Below, piece after piece: positions 21,786 through 33,821 of a DNA stretch of 64,000 bases. Numbering within the stretch: the stretch's first letter is position 1; every line of letters begins with the position of its first letter. The DNA lies in assembly GCF_016026235.1 (NCBI RefSeq), contig NZ_CP065613.1; one strand, given 5' to 3'. A model generated the notes under the pieces. It worked only from the letters and a program-made list of their open reading frames with translations, made no database searches and was not told the origin of the DNA. Made by a program: the position numbers and the translations under genes. The DNA comes from Escherichia coli. GTDB lineage: Bacteria; Pseudomonadota; Gammaproteobacteria; Enterobacterales; Enterobacteriaceae.

Positions 21786-22673
21786 TCAGGAGAGATATTT
21801 ATCGAACCATTTCAGTGTCCTTTGCCAGGCAAGATCGGCGGCAGATTTGTCATAACGGGGCGTGGAATCATTATGGAATCCGTGATTAACCCCCGGATAG
21901 ATATACGCCTCATAAACCTTATTATTGGCTTTCAACGCCGCCTCGTAAGCAGGCCAGCCCTCGTTGATTCGGGTGTCCAGTTCCGCGAAGTGGAGTAGTA
22001 AAGGCGCTTCAATCTTCGCCACATCGGCAGTGGGTGCCTGGCGACCATAAAACGGCACCGCGCAGGCCAGTTCCGGATACGCGACAGCCGCCGCGTTCGA
22101 TACGCCACCGCCATAGCAAAATCCGGTAATACCCACTTTGCCTGTCGCTTGCGGATAGCGTTGCATAAACTCAATTGCGGCAAAGAAATCATTCATCAGT
22201 TTGGTTGGATCAACCTGCTGTTGCAGCTCACGACCTTTATCATCATTTCCCGGATAACCTCCAACGGAACTTAAGCCGTCAGGTGCCAGGGCGATATACC
22301 CCGCCTTCGCCACTCGCCGTGCCACATCTTCGATATACGGATTCAGTCCACGATTCTCATGCACCACCACCACGGCTGGCGTTTTGCCGCTCATTTTTGC
22401 GGGTTTCACCAGATAACCCCGTACCTCGCCGTGACCATTTGGCGAAGGATACGTGATGTACTCAGCAACAATCTCCGGGTCGGTAAACTCTACCTGAGTC
22501 GCCAGCGCATAATTTGGCTTGAGCAAATCAAACAACGCTAATGCCGTCATCCCGCCCACCGCATACTTCGCCGCAAGGTTGAGGAACTCACGTTTCGAGA
22601 TTTTCCCGTGAGCGTAATAGTCGTAGTAATCCAACAACTCTTGTGGGAAATCTTTGGCGGTTAAACGCGGCAT
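21786..22673 (-). CDS. yghX: dienelactone-hydrolase-family protein (apparently intact)
   Basis: uninterrupted ORF 21786-22718; probable start at MPRLTAKDF. Confidence 0.65.
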   Translation of the reverse strand: MPRLTAKDFPQELLDYYDYYAHGKISKREFLNLAAKYAVGGMTALALFDLLKPNYALATQVEFTDPEIVAEYITYPSPNGHGEVRGYLVKPAKMSGKTPAVVVVHENRGLNPYIEDVARRVAKAGYIALAPDGLSSVGGYPGNDDKGRELQQQVDPTKLMNDFFAAIEFMQRYPQATGKVGITGFCYGGGVSNAAAVAYPELACAVPFYGRQAPTADVAKIEAPLLLHFAELDTRINEGWPAYEAALKANNKVYEAYIYPGVNHGFHNDSTPRYDKSAADLAWQRTLKWFDKYLS

Positions 22674-22829
22674 CGTTGCACTCCTCAACTGGTGTTTTTT
22701 TAAGCAAAGCATAAGCACGTGTTTTCGCCCAGTTTTTCGTCACTCTGTGAGCCAGACTACGGGATACGCGCTGGCGAATCGCTAAACTAGAAACATTGTT
22801 TCGAAATTGAACGGTGGAAAGGAGAGGTC

Positions 22830-23870
22830 ATGGTCTGGTTAGCGAATCCCGAACGTTACGGGCAGATGCAATACCGCTATTGCGGAAAAAGCGGTTTACG
22901 CCTGCCCGCGTTATCGCTCGGTTTATGGCACAATTTCGGTCACATTAACGCGCTGAAATCACAGCGTGCGATCCTGCGTAAAGCGTTTGATTTGGGCATT
23001 ACGCACTTTGATTTAGCCAACAATTACGGGCCGCCTCCAGGAAGCGCAGAAGAGAACTTTGGTCGCCTGCTGCGGGAGGATTTTGCCGCTTATCGCGATG
23101 AACTGATTATCTCTACCAAGGCTGGCTACGATATGTGGCCCGGCCCTTACGGCTCTGGCGGTTCACGTAAATACCTGCTTGCCAGCCTCGACCAAAGCCT
23201 GAAGCGTATGGGGCTTGAGTATGTCGATATCTTTTACTCTCATCGCGTCGATGAAAATACGCCGATGGAAGAAACCGCCTCTGCGCTGGCTCATGCGGTA
23301 CAAAGCGGTAAGGCGCTGTATGTCGGGATCTCCTCTTACTCGCCAGAGCGGACGCAAAAAATGGTCGAGTTGCTGCACGAGTGGAAAATTCCGCTGTTAA
23401 TTCATCAACCTTCGTACAATTTACTAAACCGCTGGGTGGATAAAAGCGGCCTGCTGGATACCCTGCAAAATAACGGCGTGGGCTGCATTGCCTTTACTCC
23501 TCTGGCTCAGGGATTGCTGACCGGAAAATATCTCAACGGCATTCCTGAAGATTCACGGATGCATCGTGAAGGGAATAAAGTTCGTGGCCTGACGCCGAAA
23601 ATGCTCACCGAAGCCAACCTCAACAGCCTGCGCTTATTGAATAAAATGGCACAGCAGCGTGGACAATCAATGGCGCAAATGGCGTTAAGCTGGTTGCTGA
23701 AAGATGATCGCGTGACGTCGGTATTGATTGGTGCCAGCCGCGCGGAGCAACTTGAGGAGAACGTGCAGGCGCTGAATAATCTGACATTTAGCACCGAGGA
23801 GCTGGCGCAGATTGATCAGCATATCGCCGATGGCGAGCTGAATCTGTGGCAGGCGTCTTCCGATAAATGA
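22830..23870 (+). CDS. yghZ: aldo-keto reductase
   Basis: 346-aa AKR family protein. Confidence 0.85.
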   Translation: MVWLANPERYGQMQYRYCGKSGLRLPALSLGLWHNFGHINALKSQRAILRKAFDLGITHFDLANNYGPPPGSAEENFGRLLREDFAAYRDELIISTKAGYDMWPGPYGSGGSRKYLLASLDQSLKRMGLEYVDIFYSHRVDENTPMEETASALAHAVQSGKALYVGISSYSPERTQKMVELLHEWKIPLLIHQPSYNLLNRWVDKSGLLDTLQNNGVGCIAFTPLAQGLLTGKYLNGIPEDSRMHREGNKVRGLTPKMLTEANLNSLRLLNKMAQQRGQSMAQMALSWLLKDDRVTSVLIGASRAEQLEENVQALNNLTFSTEELAQIDQHIADGELNLWQASSDK

Positions 23871-23909
23871 CCTGTTAATTACGGGCGCGAGAACCGCGCC
23901 CGAATCAGA

Positions 23910-24473
<564 letters not shown>

Positions 24474-24594
24474 TCAACATATCCGTTAAACCTTTGTCGC
24501 ATAATTCTGAGGTTTAGGGATCTTCCTGGTTCCCTTATCAACGCATCGAGAGCGTCTACCCTTAAAGGACGTTGAACCTGAAGGGAGAAAAACG

Positions 24595-25479
24595 ATGTCT
24601 CATTTAAAAGACCCGACCACGCAGTATTACACTGGTGAATATCCCAAACAGAAACAACCGACGCCAGGCATCCAGGCGAAGATGACACCGGTACCGGATT
24701 GCGGCGAGAAAACCTATGTTGGTAGCGGTCGCCTGAAAGATCGTAAAGCACTGGTGACAGGGGGCGATTCCGGAATAGGTCGCGCTGCCGCCATCGCTTA
24801 CGCGCGTGAAGGGGCTGACGTGGCGATCAGTTATCTTCCCGTGGAAGAAGAAGACGCTCAGGATGTGAAAAAGATCATTGAAGAATGCGGTCGCAAAGCC
24901 GTTCTGCTGCCAGGCGATTTAAGCGATGAGAAGTTTGCCCGTTCGTTGGTTCACGAAGCGCATAAGGCGTTAGGCGGGCTGGATATTATGGCGCTGGTCG
25001 CCGGGAAACAGGTTGCCATTCCTGATATTGCAGACCTCACCAGCGAACAGTTTCAAAAGACCTTTGCCATTAACGTTTTCGCGCTGTTCTGGCTAACCCA
25101 GGAAGCGATCCCCCTGCTACCGAAAGGTGCAAGTATCATCACCACTTCGTCAATCCAGGCATACCAGCCAAGTCCGCATTTACTGGACTATGCGGCTACG
25201 AAGGCGGCGATTCTGAACTACAGCCGTGGCCTGGCAAAACAGGTCGCGGAGAAAGGTATTCGGGTGAATATTGTCGCGCCAGGCCCTATCTGGACGGCAC
25301 TACAAATTTCCGGCGGACAAACGCAGGATAAGATCCCGCAGTTTGGTCAGAAAACGCCGATGAAGCGTGCGGGGCAACCGGCGGAACTGGCCCCAGTATA
25401 TGTTTATCTGGCAAGTCAGGAGTCGAGCTACGTCACCGCAGAAGTGCACGGTGTGTGCGGCGGCGAGCATTTAGGTTAA
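24595..25479 (+). CDS. yghA: short-chain dehydrogenase/reductase
   Basis: 294 aa; GGDSGIGRA Rossmann motif. Confidence 0.85.
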   Translation: MSHLKDPTTQYYTGEYPKQKQPTPGIQAKMTPVPDCGEKTYVGSGRLKDRKALVTGGDSGIGRAAAIAYAREGADVAISYLPVEEEDAQDVKKIIEECGRKAVLLPGDLSDEKFARSLVHEAHKALGGLDIMALVAGKQVAIPDIADLTSEQFQKTFAINVFALFWLTQEAIPLLPKGASIITTSSIQAYQPSPHLLDYAATKAAILNYSRGLAKQVAEKGIRVNIVAPGPIWTALQISGGQTQDKIPQFGQKTPMKRAGQPAELAPVYVYLASQESSYVTAEVHGVCGGEHLG

Positions 25480-25483
25480 AAAA

Positions 25484-25510
25484 TGCCCGGTTGTGAAAAG
25501 CAACCGGGCA
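25484..25510 (+). terminator. stem-loop downstream of yghA
   Basis: tgcccggttg / caaccgggca inverted repeat. Confidence 0.5.
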
Positions 25511-25529
25511 TCATTGTGAATTCACTCTT

Positions 25530-25750
25530 ACCTGATGTGGCGAAAACGCCTTATCCGCCTACAAACGCATGAAGATTCAACATGTTGCAATAGATTTTGT
25601 AGGCCTGATAAGCGTAGCGCATCAGGCATTGAGCACCTAATGCCGGATGCGGCGTGAACGCCTTATCCGGCCTACAAACGCACGAAGATTCAACATGTTG
25701 CAATAGATTTTGTAGGCCTGATGAGCGTAACGCATCAGGCAATTCTACTT
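25530..25750. repeat. BIME-type cluster: tandemly duplicated unit of about 105 bp containing REP palindromes
   Basis: two near-identical copies of gccttatccg...caaacgca.gaagattcaacatgttgcaatagattttgtaggcctgat.agcgta.cgcatcaggca. Confidence 0.7.
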
Positions 25751-26175
25751 TACTTCGCTTTGGCGGTTTCTTCGCCGACCAGACCTATCTTCAGGTAACC
25801 CGCCTGATGCAGCGTATCCATTACCTTCATCAACGTCTCGTAATCGACGGTTTTGTCCGCTCGGAAGAAGATGGTGGTGTCTTTCTTACCTTCGGTTAAC
25901 GCATTCAACGCCGTAATCATTGTTTCATCGGTGACCGGATCGTTACCGATAAACATCGAGTTGTCTGCCTTCACCGACAGATAAACCGGTTTTTCCGGGC
26001 GCGGCTGCGGCGTGCTGGTAGAAGCAGGTAAGTTCACCTTCACATCTACCGTCGCTAACGGTGCCGCCACCATAAAGATAATCAGCAGAACCAACATCAC
26101 GTCGATAAACGGCGTCACGTTGATATCATGCATTTCGCCGTTATCATCGAGGTTTTCGTTAAGATGCATTGCCAT
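25750..26175 (-). CDS. exbD: TonB-system biopolymer transport protein
   Basis: 141 aa. Confidence 0.9.
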   Translation of the reverse strand: MAMHLNENLDDNGEMHDINVTPFIDVMLVLLIIFMVAAPLATVDVKVNLPASTSTPQPRPEKPVYLSVKADNSMFIGNDPVTDETMITALNALTEGKKDTTIFFRADKTVDYETLMKVMDTLHQAGYLKIGLVGEETAKAK

Positions 26176-26181
26176 CGGACA

Positions 26182-26916
26182 TTATCCTGCACGTAATTTT
26201 TGTGCGACACGAACCGGATGCGCAGCGGCGCTGGCTTCCAGATCCAGGTCACGGCTTTGCAGCAACAATACCTGCGCTGCGACATCACCCAGCATCGCTT
26301 TAAAGCCGCCAATCTGACGCGCGAATACGTTATAGATAACGACCGCCGGAATCGCTGCCACCAGACCGATTGCCGTTGCTAACAGAGCTTCTGCGATACC
26401 CGGCGCAACGACTGCCAGGTTAGTGGTCTGCGTTTGCGCGATACCAATAAAGCTGTTCATGATGCCCCAGACCGTACCAAACAGACCAACGAACGGCGAA
26501 ATCGCGCCGATGGTTGCCAGATAGCCGTTACCGCGGCCCATTTGACGACCTACTGCGGCGACCCGACGCTCCAGACGGAAGCTGGTACGTTCTTTAATAC
26601 CTTCGTTATCGTCGCTGCCTTCTGACAGTTCCAGCTCATTCTGCGCTTCATTGAGCAAATGCAGGCTTAAGCTTTTGCTACCAAAATCAGCGGCGATATC
26701 GTTGGCCTGGTTTAAGGAACGCGCTTCAGCCAGCAGTTGCTGCTCGCGCTTAAGGCGACGCTTCTGATTGAAGAACTCTACGCTCTTACTGAAGAAGATT
26801 GCCCAGGTGACTACGGAGGCCAAAATAAGCCCAATCATCACGCACTTAACGACAATATCGGCGTGCTGATACATACCCCAGACGGAAAGGTCCGTCTGCA
26901 TTAAATTATTACCCAC
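26182..26916 (-). CDS. exbB: TonB-system biopolymer transport protein
   Basis: 244 aa. Confidence 0.9.
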   Translation of the reverse strand: MGNNLMQTDLSVWGMYQHADIVVKCVMIGLILASVVTWAIFFSKSVEFFNQKRRLKREQQLLAEARSLNQANDIAADFGSKSLSLHLLNEAQNELELSEGSDDNEGIKERTSFRLERRVAAVGRQMGRGNGYLATIGAISPFVGLFGTVWGIMNSFIGIAQTQTTNLAVVAPGIAEALLATAIGLVAAIPAVVIYNVFARQIGGFKAMLGDVAAQVLLLQSRDLDLEASAAAHPVRVAQKLRAG

Positions 26917-26949
26917 TGTGTATCTCCAGGACGCAAGTCACAAAATCTG

Positions 26950-27000
26950 CGCATAATAATATCAAAACGACGTCGAATTGATAGTCGTTCTCATTACTAT
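26950..27000 (-). promoter_or_regulatory. candidate Fur box(es) in the exbB promoter region
   Basis: gcataataatatc and gaattgatagtcgttctcattactatt resemble the GATAATGATAATCATTATC consensus, 35-85 bp upstream of exbB. Confidence 0.4.
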
Positions 27001-27167
27001 TTGCATACTGCCGTACCTTTGCTTTCTTTTCCTTGCGTTTACGCAGTAAAAAAGTCACCAGCACGCCATTTGCGAAAATTTTCTGCTTTATGCCAATTCT
27101 TCAGGATGCGCCCGCGAATATTCATGCTAGTTTAGACATCCAGACGTATAAAAACAGGAATCCCGAC

Positions 27168-28355
27168 ATGGCGGACAAAAAGCTTGATACTCAACTGGTG
27201 AATGCAGGACGCAGCAAAAAATACACTCTCGGCGCGGTAAATAGCGTGATTCAGCGCGCTTCTTCGCTGGTATTTGAGAGTATGGAAGCCAAAAAGCACG
27301 CGACGCGCAATCGCGCCAATGGCGAGTTGTTCTATGGACGGCGCGGAACGTTAACCCATTTTTCCTTACAACAAGCGATGTGTGAACTGGAAGGTGGCGC
27401 AGGCTGCGCGCTATTTCCCTGCGGGGCGGCAGCGGTTGCTAATTCGATTCTTGCTTTTGTCGAACAGGGCGATCATGTGTTGATGACCAACACCGCCTAT
27501 GAACCGAGTCAGGATTTCTGTAGCAAAATCCTCAGCAAACTGGGCGTAACGACATCGTGGTTTGATCCGCTGATTGGTGCCGATATCGTTAAGCATCTGC
27601 AGCCAAACACTAAAATCGTGTTTCTGGAATCGCCGGGTTCCATCACTATGGAAGTCCACGACGTTCCGGCGATTGTTGCCGCCGTGCGCAGTGTGGTGCC
27701 GGATGCCATCATTATGATCGACAACACCTGGGCAGCCGGTGTGCTGTTTAAGGCGCTGGATTTTGGCATCGATGTTTCTATTCAAGCCGCCACCAAATAT
27801 CTGGTTGGGCATTCAGATGCGATGATTGGCACTGCCGTGTGCAATGCCCGTTGCTGGGAGCAGCTACGGGAAAATGCCTATCTGATGGGCCAGATGGTCG
27901 ATGCCGATACCGCCTATATAACCAGCCGTGGCCTGCGCACATTAGGTGTGCGTTTGCGTCAACATCATGAAAGCAGTCTGAAAGTGGCTGAATGGCTGGC
28001 AGAACATCCGCAAGTTGCGCGAGTTAACCACCCTGCTCTGCCTGGCAGTAAAGGACACGAATTCTGGAAACGAGACTTTACAGGCAGCAGCGGGCTATTT
28101 TCCTTTGTGCTTAAGAAAAAACTCAATGATGAAGAGCTGGCGAACTATCTGGATAACTTCAGTTTATTCAGCATGGCCTACTCGTGGGGCGGGTATGAAT
28201 CGTTGATCCTGGCAAATCAACCAGAACATATCGCCGCCATTCGCCCACAAGGCGAGATCGATTTTAGCGGGACCTTGATTCGCCTGCATATTGGTCTGGA
28301 AGATGTCGACGATCTGATTGCCGATCTGGACGCCGGTTTTGCGCGGATTGTATAA
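27168..28355 (+). CDS. metC: cystathionine beta-lyase
   Basis: 395 aa from [15 protein letters not shown]; ORF extends upstream to 27033. Confidence 0.9.
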   Translation: MADKKLDTQLVNAGRSKKYTLGAVNSVIQRASSLVFESMEAKKHATRNRANGELFYGRRGTLTHFSLQQAMCELEGGAGCALFPCGAAAVANSILAFVEQGDHVLMTNTAYEPSQDFCSKILSKLGVTTSWFDPLIGADIVKHLQPNTKIVFLESPGSITMEVHDVPAIVAAVRSVVPDAIIMIDNTWAAGVLFKALDFGIDVSIQAATKYLVGHSDAMIGTAVCNARCWEQLRENAYLMGQMVDADTAYITSRGLRTLGVRLRQHHESSLKVAEWLAEHPQVARVNHPALPGSKGHEFWKRDFTGSSGLFSFVLKKKLNDEELANYLDNFSLFSMAYSWGGYESLILANQPEHIAAIRPQGEIDFSGTLIRLHIGLEDVDDLIADLDAGFARIV

Positions 28356-28494
28356 CATTGCCACTTTTGGACAATTTTGCAGACATTTTATTGTGAAAAG
28401 TCTTAAATTGTTGCGTCCGGGATCAAGGCGTCCCGGACGATTCAGGAGTACAATAGGCAGATAAAGGCTTAAACGCTGTTCCACAGGAAAGTCC

Positions 28495-29154
28495 ATGGCT
28501 GTTATTCAAGATATCATCGCTGCGCTCTGGCAACACGACTTTGCCGCGCTGGCGGATCCTCATATTGTTAGCGTTGTTTACTTTGTCATGTTTGCCACGC
28601 TGTTTTTAGAAAACGGCCTGCTGCCCGCCTCATTTTTGCCAGGCGACAGCTTGTTGATACTGGCAGGCGCATTGATTGCCCAGGGGGTTATGGATTTTCT
28701 GCCTACGATTGCGATTCTGACCGCCGCAGCAAGTCTGGGCTGCTGGCTAAGTTATATTCAGGGGCGCTGGTTAGGGAATACCAAAACGGTGAAAGGCTGG
28801 CTGGCACAGCTTCCTGCTAAATATCATCAGCGCGCCACCTGCATGTTTGACCGCCACGGTCTGCTGGCGCTGCTGGCTGGACGTTTTCTTGCATTTGTCC
28901 GTACGCTGCTGCCAACCATGGCGGGAATTTCCGGTCTGCCAAACCGCCGTTTCCAGTTTTTCAACTGGTTAAGCGGATTGCTGTGGGTCAGCGTGGTAAC
29001 CAGTTTCGGCTATGCCTTAAGTATGATTCCGTTCGTTAAACGCCATGAAGATCAGGTAATGACGTTCCTGATGATCCTGCCAATTGCCTTGTTAACCGCT
29101 GGCTTGTTAGGCACGCTGTTTGTGGTGATTAAAAAAAAATACTGTAACGCCTGA
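28495..29154 (+). CDS. yghB: DedA-family inner-membrane protein
   Basis: 219 aa. Confidence 0.85.
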
Positions 29155-29193
29155 CGATTTTCCCCGTTCCCGGCTGCTGTACCGGGAACGTAT

Positions 29194-30150
29194 TTAATTC
29201 CCCTGCATCGCCCGCATTCTTGCCGCATCTTCCCCCGGCGTCACACCGAAGTAACGTTTAAACTCACGGCTAAATTGCGATGCGCTTTCATAGCCGACGC
29301 GCATCGCTGCTGCGCTGGCCTTCATGCCGTCATGGATGATCATCATCCGCGCCTTATGCAGACGGTAATTCTTCAAATACTGCAACGGCGAGGTGCTGGT
29401 GACAGACTTAAAATTATGGTGGAACGCCGATACGCTCATATTGGCTTCTGCCGCCAGTTGCTCGACGCTCAGGTTTTCGGTGTATTTATTCTCAATCCGT
29501 TTCAGCACGCGGCTAATCAGACTGAAGTGAGTCTGGCGACTGACCAGCGCCAGTAACGCGCCGCCGCAAGGTCCGGTCAGCACGTAGTACAGAATTTCGC
29601 GGATGATCTGTTTGCCGAGAATACGCGCATCCAGTGGTCGCTCCATCACGTCGAGTAACCGCTCCGCCGCGCATAAAATCTCTTCTGATAACGTGGCGGA
29701 GTTAATCCCGCTGGCTGCCATCGACGGCTGGAAATGCTCATCTTCGCCAATGTCCATCAACAGTTCCTGTAACTGCAAAATATCGACATTGAGACGCAAC
29801 CCTGCCAGCGGCACCTCTGACGTGGCATAGGTTTCGCACTCAAACGGCAACGGCACCGTCAGCAGCAGGTATTCATTGGCATCATAACGAAACACGCGTT
29901 CATTGATATAACCGATTTTATGTCCGGAAAAGAGAATTATGATGCCAGGCTCGTACATCACCGGTGTACGTGCGAAAGGCGTCTCGCCATACAACAAACG
30001 CACATCGGGCAACAGTTCTGACAAACTATTTTCTTTATTTTTCAGTTTATTAACTTTATCCGCCAGCAAGCGGCAAATCTCTTCACGTTTCATATCGCGT
30101 AATTTCTTAGGAATAATGCGGCAATTTGATTGTGCGCAATTTTGTAGCAT
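29194..30150 (-). CDS. yqhC: AraC-family transcriptional activator
   Basis: 318 aa from [10 protein letters not shown]; C-terminal AraC-type HTH; divergent from yqhD. Confidence 0.75.
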   Translation of the reverse strand: MLQNCAQSNCRIIPKKLRDMKREEICRLLADKVNKLKNKENSLSELLPDVRLLYGETPFARTPVMYEPGIIILFSGHKIGYINERVFRYDANEYLLLTVPLPFECETYATSEVPLAGLRLNVDILQLQELLMDIGEDEHFQPSMAASGINSATLSEEILCAAERLLDVMERPLDARILGKQIIREILYYVLTGPCGGALLALVSRQTHFSLISRVLKRIENKYTENLSVEQLAAEANMSVSAFHHNFKSVTSTSPLQYLKNYRLHKARMMIIHDGMKASAAAMRVGYESASQFSREFKRYFGVTPGEDAARMRAMQGN

Positions 30151-30170
30151 TTCTCCAGCACTCTGGAGAA
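30151..30170. promoter_or_regulatory. 8-4-8 inverted repeat ttctccag-cact-ctggagaa in the yqhC/yqhD divergent region
   Basis: perfect palindrome read directly from sequence. Confidence 0.35.
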
Positions 30171-30286
30171 ATAGGCAAGACATTGGCAGAAATGAGCATT
30201 GAGAGCCAGGGCGCTGGCGATCACAATGAAAAACATCAGGCGGATCGTTCTCTGCCCTCATATTGGCCCAGCAAAGGGAGCAAGTA

Positions 30287-31450
30287 ATGAACAACTTTAA
30301 TCTGCACACCCCAACCCGCATTCTGTTTGGTAAAGGCGCAATCGCTGGTTTACGCGAACAAATTCCTCACGATGCTCGCGTATTGATTACCTACGGCGGC
30401 GGCAGCGTGAAAAAAACCGGCGTTCTCGATCAAGTTCTGGATGCCCTGAAAGGCATGGACGTGCTGGAATTTGGCGGTATTGAGCCAAACCCGGCTTATG
30501 AAACGCTGATGAACGCCGTGAAACTGGTTCGCGAACAGAAAGTGACTTTCCTGCTGGCGGTTGGCGGCGGTTCTGTACTGGACGGCACCAAATTTATCGC
30601 CGCAGCGGCTAACTATCCGGAAAATATCGATCCGTGGCACATTCTGCAAACGGGCGGTAAAGAGATTAAAAGCGCCATCCCGATGGGCTGTGTGCTGACG
30701 CTGCCAGCAACCGGTTCAGAATCCAACGCCGGTGCGGTGATCTCCCGTAAAACCACAGGCGATAAGCAGGCGTTCCATTCTGCCCATGTTCAGCCGGTAT
30801 TTGCCGTGCTCGATCCGGTTTATACCTACACCCTGCCGCCGCGTCAGGTGGCTAACGGCGTAGTGGACGCCTTTGTACACACCGTGGAACAGTATGTTAC
30901 CAAACCGGTTGATGCCAAAATTCAGGACCGTTTCGCAGAAGGCATTTTGCTGACGCTGATCGAAGATGGTCCGAAAGCCCTGAAAGAGCCAGAAAACTAC
31001 GATGTGCGCGCCAACGTCATGTGGGCGGCGACTCAGGCGCTGAACGGTTTGATTGGCGCAGGCGTACCGCAGGACTGGGCAACGCATATGCTGGGCCACG
31101 AACTGACTGCGATGCACGGTCTGGATCACGCGCAAACACTGGCTATCGTCCTGCCTGCACTGTGGAATGAAAAACGCGATACCAAGCGCGCTAAGCTGCT
31201 GCAATATGCTGAACGCGTCTGGAACATCACTGAAGGTTCCGACGATGAGCGTATTGACGCCGCGATTGCCGCAACCCGCAATTTCTTTGAGCAATTAGGC
31301 GTGCCTACCCACCTCTCCGACTACGGTCTGGACGGCAGCTCCATCCCGGCTTTGCTGAAAAAACTGGAAGAGCACGGCATGACCCAACTGGGCGAAAATC
31401 ATGACATTACGCTGGATGTCAGCCGCCGTATATACGAAGCCGCCCGCTAA
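30287..31450 (+). CDS. yqhD: NADPH-dependent aldehyde reductase (iron-containing alcohol dehydrogenase family)
   Basis: 387 aa from [17 protein letters not shown]. Confidence 0.9.
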   Translation: MNNFNLHTPTRILFGKGAIAGLREQIPHDARVLITYGGGSVKKTGVLDQVLDALKGMDVLEFGGIEPNPAYETLMNAVKLVREQKVTFLLAVGGGSVLDGTKFIAAAANYPENIDPWHILQTGGKEIKSAIPMGCVLTLPATGSESNAGAVISRKTTGDKQAFHSAHVQPVFAVLDPVYTYTLPPRQVANGVVDAFVHTVEQYVTKPVDAKIQDRFAEGILLTLIEDGPKALKEPENYDVRANVMWAATQALNGLIGAGVPQDWATHMLGHELTAMHGLDHAQTLAIVLPALWNEKRDTKRAKLLQYAERVWNITEGSDDERIDAAIAATRNFFEQLGVPTHLSDYGLDGSSIPALLKKLEEHGMTQLGENHDITLDVSRRIYEAAR

Positions 31451-31554
31451 GCTTTTTACGCCTCAAACTTTCGTTTTCGGGCATTTCGTCCAGACTTAAG
31501 TTCACAACACCTCACCGGAGCCTGCTCCGGTGAGTTCATATAAAGGAGGAACGT

Positions 31555-32382
31555 ATGGCTAATCCAACCGTTATTAAGCTACAGGATGGCAATGTCATGC
31601 CCCAGTTGGGACTGGGCGTCTGGCAAGCAAGTAATGAGGAAGTAATCACCGCCATTCAAAAAGCGTTAGAAGTGGGTTATCGCTCGATTGATACCGCCGC
31701 GGCCTATAAGAACGAAGAAGGTGTCGGCAAAGCCCTGAAAAATGCCTCAGTCAACAGAGAAGAACTGTTCATCACCACTAAGCTGTGGAACGACGACCAC
31801 AAGCGCCCCCGCGAAGCCCTGCTCGACAGCCTGAAAAAACTACAGCTTGATTATATCGACCTCTACTTAATGCACTGGCCCGTTCCCGCTATCGACCATT
31901 ATGTCGAAGCATGGAAAGGCATGATCGAATTGCAAAAAGAGGGATTAATCAAAAGCATCGGCGTGTGCAACTTCCAGATCCATCACCTGCAACGCCTGAT
32001 TGATGAAACTGGCGTGACGCCTGTGATAAACCAGATCGAACTTCATCCGCTGATGCAACAACGCCAGCTACACGCCTGGAACGCGACACACAAAATCCAG
32101 ACCGAATCCTGGAGCCCATTAGCGCAAGGAGGGAAAGGCGTTTTCGATCAGAAAGTCATTCGCGATCTGGCAGATAAATACGGCAAAACCCCGGCGCAGA
32201 TTGTTATCCGCTGGCATCTGGATAGCGGCCTGGTGGTGATCCCGAAATCGGTCACACCTTCACGTATTGCCGAAAACTTTGATGTCTGGGATTTCCGTCT
32301 CGACAAAGACGAACTCGGCGAAATTGCAAAACTCGATCAGGGCAAGCGTCTCGGTCCCGATCCTGACCAGTTCGGCGGCTAA
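31555..32382 (+). CDS. dkgA: 2,5-diketo-D-gluconate reductase A (aldo-keto reductase)
   Basis: 275 aa. Confidence 0.9.
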   Translation: MANPTVIKLQDGNVMPQLGLGVWQASNEEVITAIQKALEVGYRSIDTAAAYKNEEGVGKALKNASVNREELFITTKLWNDDHKRPREALLDSLKKLQLDYIDLYLMHWPVPAIDHYVEAWKGMIELQKEGLIKSIGVCNFQIHHLQRLIDETGVTPVINQIELHPLMQQRQLHAWNATHKIQTESWSPLAQGGKGVFDQKVIRDLADKYGKTPAQIVIRWHLDSGLVVIPKSVTPSRIAENFDVWDFRLDKDELGEIAKLDQGKRLGPDPDQFGG

Positions 32383-32581
32383 CATGCAAATTCTCCCGGT
32401 GGCGGTAATGTTCCGCTACCGGACTTTTCAGAAATCATTTATTCCCCTCGCGTCCCGCCCGTTGTTACTCTTCCTTGTTCAGGAATGCCAAATATAAGGA
32501 CATCATCATGCAGAGCCGGAAGCTCTTAAAAGAACAACTCATCTATATCCGGGATAAACGCAACGGAGAGGTGAAAAACAG

Positions 32582-33508
32582 ATGAAAATAATACTTCTGT
32601 TTTTAGCAGCCCTGGCAAGTTTTACCGTACACGCGCAGCCTCCTTCACAGACCGTAGAACAAACAGTCCGGCAGATTTATCAGAACTATAAATCAGATGC
32701 CAGTACGCCTTATTTCGGTGAAACCGGAGAGCGGGCGACAACTTCAGCGCGTATTCAACAGGCGCTTACCCTGAACGACAATCTTACGCTGCCGGGCAAT
32801 ATTGGCTGGCTGGATTATGATCCGGTTTGTGATTGTCAGGATTTTGGCGATCTGGTGCTAGAAAGCGTTGCGATAACCCAAACTGACGCCGATCATGCCG
32901 ATGCCGTTGTGCGCTTTCGTATCTTTAAAGATGATAAAGAAAAGACCACGCAGACACTGAAAATGGTGGCGGAAAATGGTCGTTGGGTCATTGACGATAT
33001 TGTCAGCAATCATGGCAGCGTCTTACAAGCAGTTAATAGCGAGAATGAAAAAACGCTGGCCGCTTTAGCTTCGTTGCAAAAAGAACAGCCGGAAGCCTTT
33101 GTTGCCGAACTCTTTGAACATATTGCTGATTATAGCTGGCCGTGGACGTGGGTGGTTTCCGACTCTTACCGCCAGGCGGTTAATGCCTTCTATAAAACCA
33201 CCTTCAAGACGGCCAATAATCCCGATGAAGATATGCAAATAGAACGGCAATTTATTTACGACAATCCGATCTGTTTTGGCGAAGAGTCGCTATTTTCACG
33301 CGTTGATGAAATTCGAGTCCTGGAGAAAACCGCCGATTCCGCCCGCATTCATGTTCGTTTTACGCTGACCAATGGCAACAACGAAGAGCAAGAGCTGGTT
33401 TTACAGCGGCGCGAAGGTAAGTGGGAAATCGCTGATTTTATCCGCCCGAACAGCGGCAGCCTACTTAAGCAGATTGAGGCAAAAACCGCCGCCAGATTAA
33501 AGCAATGA
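32582..33508 (+). CDS. yqhG: DUF3828-type periplasmic protein
   Basis: 308 aa with signal peptide. Confidence 0.75.
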   Translation: MKIILLFLAALASFTVHAQPPSQTVEQTVRQIYQNYKSDASTPYFGETGERATTSARIQQALTLNDNLTLPGNIGWLDYDPVCDCQDFGDLVLESVAITQTDADHADAVVRFRIFKDDKEKTTQTLKMVAENGRWVIDDIVSNHGSVLQAVNSENEKTLAALASLQKEQPEAFVAELFEHIADYSWPWTWVVSDSYRQAVNAFYKTTFKTANNPDEDMQIERQFIYDNPICFGEESLFSRVDEIRVLEKTADSARIHVRFTLTNGNNEEQELVLQRREGKWEIADFIRPNSGSLLKQIEAKTAARLKQ

Positions 33509-33556
33509 GCTGAATTAAATAACAATTAGCCGGAACAATAAAAAAGGGAACACTAT

Positions 33557-33814
33557 ATGAAAACGATTTTCACCGTGGGAGCTGTTGTTCTGGCAACCTG
33601 CTTGCTCAGTGGCTGCGTCAATGAGCAAAAGGTCAATCAACTGGCGAGCAATGTACAAACATTAAATGTCAAAATCGCCCGGCTTGAGCAGGATATGAAA
33701 GCACTACGCCCACAAATCTATGCTGCCAAATCCGAAGCTAACAGAGCCAATACGCGTCTTGATGCACAGGACTATTTTGATTGCCTGCGCTGCTTGCGTA
33801 TGTACGCAGAATGA
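33557..33814 (+). CDS. yqhH: Lpp-like outer-membrane lipoprotein
   Basis: 85 aa; lipobox LSGC; coiled-coil. Confidence 0.7.
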   Translation: MKTIFTVGAVVLATCLLSGCVNEQKVNQLASNVQTLNVKIARLEQDMKALRPQIYAAKSEANRANTRLDAQDYFDCLRCLRMYAE

Positions 33815-33821
33815 TAAAAAA

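Noticed and set aside
25551-25742. 63-aa ORF spanning the REP/BIME repeats
   Set aside because: Falls entirely within palindromic repeat sequence; no start context; spurious.
25530-25750. Possible CRISPR array
   Set aside because: Only two copies of a long unit containing REP palindromes, no short regular repeat-spacer periodicity and no cas genes in the window.
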